64,000 nucleotides of DNA. Origin: Tubulanus polymorphus. Lineage: Eukaryota > Animalia > Nemertea. A program made the position numbers and the translations under genes. Each line of letters opens with the position of its first letter. Positions within the stretch are counted from its first letter, which is position 1. The notes under the pieces are model-generated. The model did not search any database and was not told where the DNA came from. It worked only from the letters and a program-made list of their open reading frames with translations. The stretch covers positions 22,128,950-22,192,949 of the forward strand of contig NC_134029.1 of assembly GCF_964204645.1 (NCBI RefSeq), read 5' to 3'. Shown piece by piece: positions 52,301 to 61,300 of the stretch.

Positions 52301-55300
52301 GTTAAACAGGCATGAGGCATTTGGCACCAGGCCAGGGCTTAATGTTTCACGAGTCAAATTGAGCCCCGGTCAAAAACGCTTATGTAATCGGGACGATAGT
52401 AGTGTATAACATGGTTCCCACTGAACAGGGAAATTGGGAAAAACTTGGGAATCTTGAGACAATAATTCCCGGTTTGGAAATATTTGGGAATTTGAAAAAT
52501 TTTCCTCAAATCAGGGAAATATTTGGGAAATTCATTACATTTCACATATTGCATTTGCCAAGGGCAACTTTCTTCAGCAATTTCCCTTGAAAATCACCTT
52601 TATCAACCAGTTACCTCTAAAATGTTCACTGTAGCATGACGATATGTGTTCATTTGCATTTGGGAAAATTGAAAAATCAAACATGAAATACTTGGAAAAA
52701 CTTGGGAATTTTGAATTTATATAACTGTGGGAACCATGGTATCAGATGGATATCGTATCAAGCGTGTATCAGCAACTAGTAACGGTCAGTTCATTGCCAG
52801 TAACAGTAATGCGTCAGGGGAAATATGACCGAGGAAAGTAATCATTGCGGTTGTTCGTTAGCCCTGTATATTATTTGTCTGATATTAACCTTTTGTTGGA
52901 TACAGATTTTTTGCACAAAACATTCGCTCGGTCGTTTGTAACATTCCAACTACGCCGCGATACACGGCCGTATATCTCAACTACTGCATCGACGCTCGCT
53001 CGATCTATGATTTTTTAAGCGGGATGGATTTTTTCGAACCGGTGACTGATGATGAAGGATGCCTAGAACAGCAACGCGACTATTGAGATCACGCCGCACT
53101 GATATACCGACAATTAATGACTGGTTAATACAGACTTCATAGCACGGAAACCTGAGAGTGCATTTCTCTGTCAGTTCGTCGTTACACAATGTAACGCGCT
53201 GCGGTGATTTATTTCAATAAATCAACAACGCGCGATATACGCTGCTGCCGCCGATATTCGGACGGCCCGAGATCAAATTAATGGACCAAATGATTGCCTC
53301 ATAAAACAACCTACACGAATTTGCTGGCTCTAAGTAACTGCAACGACTACTCGAAAATACAAAATAAATCTCGTCGAGTGCGAGAGAACGCGTCTGCTCG
53401 ACGTGTCAAATTTAGTATCGCGTTCGAAATCGTCGTTTCAAACGCTTGAAATCGAAAATTCGAATTCATCGACGCGTTGACCTTGAATTATTGAATTTAC
53501 TAATTCAAGGTCGATAGCCTATTCGAATTTAGTTCGTTATCACTTCGCGAATAAACGACCTACGGCGTTATCAAACTGAAAACATTTCATAATTAAGCCG
53601 GCGCCCGGGATAAACTATCAGACGTTATTGAAACGCCAACCTTGAATATTCCTCTCGTACACACGAGTGGAAGCAGACATTGCGGTTCCTTAAAAACCTT
53701 TGGGGGGAGGGAGGGAGGGGGATGAGCTTTGAAAATATCGCTCTATCGTTTGCATTTCTAGGTCGACCGTTTCGCGAGCTCGATTTCCGGGAAAATGAAT
53801 TCGTCGTTACGATCACGATCGACGCTGTTTATTCGCGTAGAAAATTGCATCAAAGGCGGACATTAAATTCGCTGTCTAATTCGATTATAATGATAAACTA
53901 GGTTAATTCTGTTTCACTGAAATTCATTGGATTGCAGATTTCTAATTCTCACGTTTTCGAAGCTGCCCCGGGATCGGGGGTAACCGCGAGAGGTAGAAAC
54001 GTCGACGATGGAAGTTACGATCGCGCCGATTCCGCCATCGGCGTTATTTTCGTTTCTTTCGAATTAATACGACGTTTACTTTTCTTGTATCGGCAACTTT
54101 CGTTTCTCGCTCTTAATCAGCTACGAATCGGAAAAGATCTGAAAAGATCTGAAAAGAGACGGTCGTTAATGAAGCCTTTTCGACTGATAGCTATATAAGT
54201 ACGTTATTAATTGGTCAGTGCATGGAACATACCGGGCACTTCACACGAATAATTGAATTGTAGATGCCTGCAGCGGTTGTAGGTGTCTACCCGGGTATGC
54301 GCGTACGGTAACATGAGAGTAAATAATCGGGGGGGAAAAAAATCCTCGCGTGTTTGCGTCGTTTTGTTTAAACTTGGATTTTCAATCAAATGGTTGTGTT
54401 TACTTGCAGTACGTTTACAACCAGAAACTCGGATTGATTGAAGCGCTGTTGAAAATTGAAGATTGGGAACAAGCTCAAAACGTAATCAGTCGGTTGCCTC
54501 CGTATTTTGCTACCTCACACCGTCCTGTCGCTCAGGCCCTATGTAAAATGGTCCATAACGTGATGGAGCCTCTTTATAGAAAGTAAGTGTGTGTTTCAGC
54601 GGAAGGGCGTTGAATTATGGGCTGGTTGTTAATCAATGTTTCTGGCGCCGCCACTTCGCGAGTTGCTTATGCGCTTGACTCAACTTCTACTAAAGATGTT
54701 GATCTCATGTTTTGCAATCGATGATTTTGATCATGTGCGCCATCTATTGGATAAAAAGATAGCAGAATTTCCTCGTTTATCAAACTGACGAAAATAGAAA
54801 AAAAATAACGAATATCGAACATTTTATAAATTCAAGTGAATTGTACTAAAATATTATTAGAGCTTTCAGCAAACAATAAAAATTTCTGGTATAATTTTCT
54901 CACTTTCAGACATAATGGTTTACCAAAAGCCCTCACGCAAAAGACTCACTCGCAGCAGTTGCCTCCATCCAAGATTCCTCAGGCAGAAACATATCACGAC
55001 CTTGCGACTAAAGTGTATCCGATACTTTACCACCTCGGTCCTCATCTTAGCTGTGATCCTATATTGATGGTGAAAGTAATGCGAATATGTCGCCAATTCC
55101 TTTCCAAGGTAGGCACAAAAACAACCATTTTTAATCCCTAAACGAAACGCAGCATTTTTTTTGTTCGGAGAAGTATAATTGATGGACTGCCTCACTTCTC
55201 TCATCGTTGTTGTTTTATAGTGGAAAGATGAAAAAGAGAAGAGTAATAACATGAAAGACGTGTATTACGGTATGTTAACGTTGATTGATGAGGTCATTCT

Positions 55301-58300
55301 ACCGAGTCTGTCTCTATTGGACGGTAATTGTTGTATGTCGGAAGAAGTTTGGTGCCTCGTAAAAATGTTCCCGTATGAATACAGGTAAAAAAAAGAGACG
55401 CATCAATCTCTATCTTTATCCGTTATAGACCCGTAGCAGTTTAAATTAAGGAATATTATTTGGCAAAAAAACTATCGCACTTACAACAAGATACATTTAT
55501 ATTGAATTTGTTTGTACCGGTATATAGACCTTTGTTATATCAAGAGAAATGTCATAAAGCAGCCATATCTGAGCACCAAATTATAAGCTTTTCCCCATTC
55601 TGCCACACTACGGGCCTGCATTATCCCTAAAACTAACGCTAACATGGCATCTATAAAAATTCTGCTACTATCAGGTATCGTCTGTATGGACAATGGAAAA
55701 ACGACACTTGTTCGAGTCAAGCTGTACTTATTCGTTTAAAAGGAGATAGTATTGAGAAAGCTAAGTATATACTGAAGTAGGTATCTCGATTTCTGCTGTC
55801 TACGGTCCAATTACGCGCCGGTACTCGTTCATTTATTTACGAATGTTTTAAAAAATTCTCGTTGCAGACGCCTGACGAAGGAGAACGTGAAACCACTCGG
55901 TCGACAGATCGGAAAACTCAGTCACAACAATCCGGGAATCATCTTCGAATATGTAAATTTTTTCCTCCGATTCTTAGAAATTCGTATGAATATGACGCGT
56001 TCACACGGTACATTATAACGTCTGGTATTCTCGCAGGTTTTGTCGCAGATACAGAAATACGATAACTTCATCGGGCCAGTGGTCGATTCGCTGAAATACC
56101 TGACATCGTTATCGTACGATATACTGGCGTGTATCCTTTTCATACGGCGAATAAAACGACTAATACGCCTAAGACTTTATCCTCGTTCGGTTTCTTTAAC
56201 GGTTTGAATAGATTGTATTATCGAAGCGTTGGCTAATCCCGAGAAAGAGCGCATGAAATACGACGATTCGAGTCTATCTACGTGGATTCAAAGTAAGAGA
56301 ATTCTTTATGAGAGTAGTCGCGTCATTCGTCATTTATTATGACCGGCAAAAAAGTGCGGTTTAATCGAAATTTGTCTCGTATGATTTTTCCAGGTTTGGC
56401 CAATTTCGCTGGTTCTATATGTCGTAAATATCAGATAGAGTTGGCTGGATTGTTGCAATACGTTATCAATCAGCTGAAAGCTGGTAAAAGGTGAGCAGTG
56501 TACATGTGTATTATTATACATGTGTATTATTATTGTACATGTGTATTATTATACATGTGTATTATTATTGTACATGTGTATTATTATACGCAGTCTCATC
56601 ACTATTGCATAAATGAAAACAGATATTTTCTACAGCATGAAATGTAGCAAAGTTTGCAGAGTATTTGCCCTCATTTTACCTCGGTGAAGCTACTATGCAC
56701 CAGTAGCAAAAGTCTGTACTTTTAGTAAAATCAGGTCAACCTCCATAGTACTATTTGTCTTAACAGTTTAATGATTTTTATTTGCCACATGGTTAACACA
56801 GCTGCTCCACAACTCTACTCGTTTACCTGTCAATACACTTTACACTTACACTCAATAAACTGAATTGATGATATTTTTTTCTGTTTTATTTTTCTCAGTT
56901 ACGACATGTTGATATTAAGGGAAGTGATGACCAAGATGTCCGGTATTGAGGTTACGGAAGATATCAGCGATGATCAACTGGCTGCCATGGCTGGCGGAGA
57001 AAATCTCAGGATCGAGGTACATGATCTCTAGACTCCTTAAGTCGTAAAGACCCATTCTTACGATTCAAATCTAAAAACCGTTCGTGTTGTCGTAAAATTT
57101 CTAGGGAGGATATTTTGCTCAAGTTCGCAATACGAAAAAATCATCGACCCGTCTTAAAGAAGCGCTTCTAGAACACGAGTTAGCCTTACCGTTGTGTTAT
57201 TTAATGTCGCAGCAAAGAGACTGCACGATATTCTCAGACGGACCAAACAGACATAATAAACTAGTCGCGAAACTATTCGATCAGGTAAAAATTCGATTTT
57301 TCGTACCGTTTATTTTTGGCGTAAAATAAATCTTATGAATATTTACTGTCAACCTCGGTTAATTCATCCACAGTTAAACCATGCTTAATTCGTATCCAAT
57401 TCGTCCTCCGTAATTCGTATTTTCACTTCCATACACAAATACGTGGTCCTTTTGTTCAATTTCTATGCGTAATCCATATTAGCTGTCGATAACATAAATT
57501 TGTAGTGAAAAGTAATGTAATGGTGTGTGATGATGGTGCCTGGTTTGGGATTGGGGTTTCTTGTTTCATTATTAGTAGCCACATAATTTTGAGTAGGCAA
57601 TTCTAAGATCTGTTAAACCGTTAAGTACAAGTTATTGTTCGCTTAATCATATTTCACATGAATTATAGTTAATTTGTAGAACTAAGCATTATCTGCTATC
57701 TGCACATCACTGAATCTGTACTAAATAGCTCGGGGCCTGAGCGATATTGATTAACCGAGGTCGTACACGAATAAATTGTACTTTATGTATATATGTATGT
57801 ATTTTCTGACAGTGTCAAGATACGCTCGTACAATTTGGAACATTCCTCGCCACGCAGATGAGTACCGATGAATATATTAAAAAGCTTCCCTCCATCGGTG
57901 AATTAGTCAGCATATATCATATACCGCCTGATGCAGCGTTTTTCCTAGCTCGTCACGCCTACACGCATTCGACTAACGTAAGTTTTCGCGCGTCGATTAA
58001 CGCCCGGGAAGAGTTTCGATAGCGAGAACGAATTTTTTGTTTTAAATTCTAGATGAAATACGAGGAATTGCGTAAACAAGATAAAAAAAACAAGGAAGAA
58101 GACACAGATCAGAAAAAGGTACGCGCGAGAACGTTGAACTCTCCTGGGTACAGACGCAGGATAAACTCATTTGTTTCTATTAGCAATGTTATAAATGTGG
58201 CTGGTTTTTAAGATAAATCTTCACGATTGATCATAGAAATGGCACTGGGTCTAAAAAATTGACATTGAACAAGAAGTAATCCGGGTGGCCACTGACCTGG

Positions 58301-61300
58301 AAAACCTGGTAAACTCAGGGACTCAGAAAAATCTAGAAAAAAATTAGGGAAAACTCGGGGAATTTGACAAATTTTGTAAAAAATCCTGGGAAACTAGGGA
58401 ATTTAGATACATTATTGACCATGCTAGAAATTCCATGGATTCACCCACGGAGTTTACTGATATAACAAGGGCAACTCAGGGAATTTTTAATTTGGCGGAA
58501 AGTGGCCACTCTTGTAATGCATAGCTTTATGATTTTATAGACAACAAGATACCAAGAAGCGGCTAATGCGATATTATCAAGTGTGATAGATTCCGTTCGA
58601 CCATTATACACGGCTAAAATATGGGATGAACTCAGGTAATTATTGTTTTGAATGTAACCCCATTAATTTCTGTTGAAGTTCTCGATAATCATTTTATGTT
58701 CGTCTATTTCTATTTATAGCCCTCAGTTTTACGTTACGTTTTGGACGTTAATGATGTACGATATCGAAGTTCCAACGTCCGCGTACAGCAGACAACAAAA
58801 ACAATACGACATTCAAATCAGTGCTATAGAATACAATCACGATCTTGTAAGTCAATCATCGCAAAAAACTCATGGAATCAAAAATCTGGAAAAAAATCAG
58901 GGAAAACTCTGACAAATTTTGTAAAAAACCTGGAAAACTCGGGGAATTTGGATATATTTTTGACCATTTCTTTATCTCTACTTGAAAAAATTGAAACATT
59001 TTAACATTCCTCGCATTTGTTCAGGGAATTTTCTGTTATAACATGGCAAAATCAGGGATTGTAAATTGGCAGAATGTGACCACCCTGATCATTTGTCCCG
59101 ACCATGAAATAGCTATTCAATCATTACAAATTATCCTTCAGATAAACGTGAAATGTTTTTGATTGTCCGATTACGTTCAGGTACAAAGTAAGAAGAAGAA
59201 AGAAAAAGATCGATGTACTCAGTTGATCGAACGTTTACGCGAGGAGAAAAAGAAACAAGAGGAACACGTCGTACGAGTGATAGCTCGGTTAGATCAGGAA
59301 CGCGAGTCCTGGTTCACTCAGAGTAAGTTTCCATTTCGTGATTTATTCGATGAATTTTACTTTTTCGTAATCGATTCGGACACGTCATAGCCTGTGTGGT
59401 ATATACATTAAAAAAAACCCCAACATTATTGATGATTAACATAGTAAAAGCTGTTACACTCACATTTGGGTTGAATGCTTCTTCTACCCCTCCTTAGGAG
59501 ATTTGCTTGAAAATTTGATCACATAAACCTTTGGGAATAAGTGGAATCCTTCTATCCAAAACATCAACGTATAATATTCAAAGTTTATTTTCTTGTTTGC
59601 TAAATCTGAAGAATATGTTGAATGTTGTAGAGGGTTCGACGAAGAATGAGACGATCACTCAATTTCTACAGTTGTGTATATTTCCTCGACTCTGTTTCTC
59701 TGGACTGGACGCCGTCTTCTGCGCGAAGTTTATACACATACTGCACCAGCTGAAAACTCCAAACTTCTCGACGTTGATATGTTATGATCGAGTGAGTTTT
59801 GTGATTTAAGTCATAATGTGGATTTTTAATCATAACCGATGCTATGGATTTATCCTCTTCGTGTTTCCCAGTCTGATACAGCAGGCTCCTACGACTCCTT
59901 GATTCCTTGAAAACTCCTAAACGGAAAATCTATATAAAGGTGCTAGAAATTCCTTTTATTTGAGCAAAATGTCAGAATCTCCTTTAAAACTCCTTCAATT
60001 TTGAGAAAAAGGCAATAAGAAATTTTTGTCTAGTTCGTAGTTGAACAGTAAACTGTGCTTAAACCAGTACAGTTGGGACAGGCGCTTCCTCAAAATTTGA
60101 AATTTTATCCTTTTAAATTCCTTGCAAACTCCATATATCCAGGAATGACTGATCTGTAGGGACCCTGTACAAACCCCAGTGTTCTGCGGTTTTATTGCTC
60201 AAGTTTTCTCTAAATGTGTTTTCACATCTATTTTTTGCTTAAGATATTCTGTGATGTTACGAACACTGTGACGTGTTGTACCGAAAATGAAGCTCATCGA
60301 TACGGCCGATTCCTCTGCTCGGCGCTCAATTCAATCATGCATTGGCATGCCAATAAACTGCTCTATGATCAGGTTTGTTAAAAAGACGTGTTTTAGAAAC
60401 TACGGGTTGAATTGAATTGTATGATTATTAGTATATAATGATATAAATACCGGTACAAGTCTTGTTATCAGAGAATGAAAAAGTTTGAAATTTGAGATTT
60501 TGAGTTTTCTCGAATTTGAATCGATCGATTGATTGATTTATTTTTTTGTAGGAGTGCGCTCAATTTCCCGGTTTTGTTACCGTATTCCGTAAAGGGGCCG
60601 ACAGTAACAACAAAGCTGATCAGTTGGAATATGAAAATTATCGCCACGTATGTCACAAATGGCACTATAGGATCACTAAGGCGATGGTCGCGTGTCTAGA
60701 ATCTGGGAACTACGTGCAAATCAGAAACGCACTGATCGTTCTGACGAAGGTTTGTTTTAGAAGAGCCGTTTTAATCTGGTGTTGAATCAGTAAACGTAAA
60801 GACAAATAGTGGTTTGAAGGTTAACTAGATTTATTTGAAGTATATGAGCTTAGTGCGTAGTAGTATAGCTTCATCAGATTCATCTATCTGAAATAAATCT
60901 AGTTAACCACCATCAAAGTCACGTTTACAAAGGTTTATGAAATTTACTGCTCGATGATATGAAAATACAGAAAATTTGAGCTTAATTTTTGGTGTAATCT
61001 ACATTTTCAATGTACTTCAAAGCAATTATCGGCGTTGATAGAATATTGACATCCACTCTGGTCAGGGCCGAAGATACATGTATTTACAATGGGTGGCAGA
61101 TTTTCAGAGGAGTGGATGTGAAAATGAAAGGGGTGGCCGCCACTCTAAAACCTGTTGCGGAGAACACTTGAGAATGTATCGTTGATTAGAAATTTTTAGG
61201 AGTGTTTTTCTATTTTCAGATATTAACCCATTACCCGCGGGTTCAGCAGTTCGGTCAGGCTCTCGAACGACGCGTCGAACGAATCAAAGAAGAAGAACGC

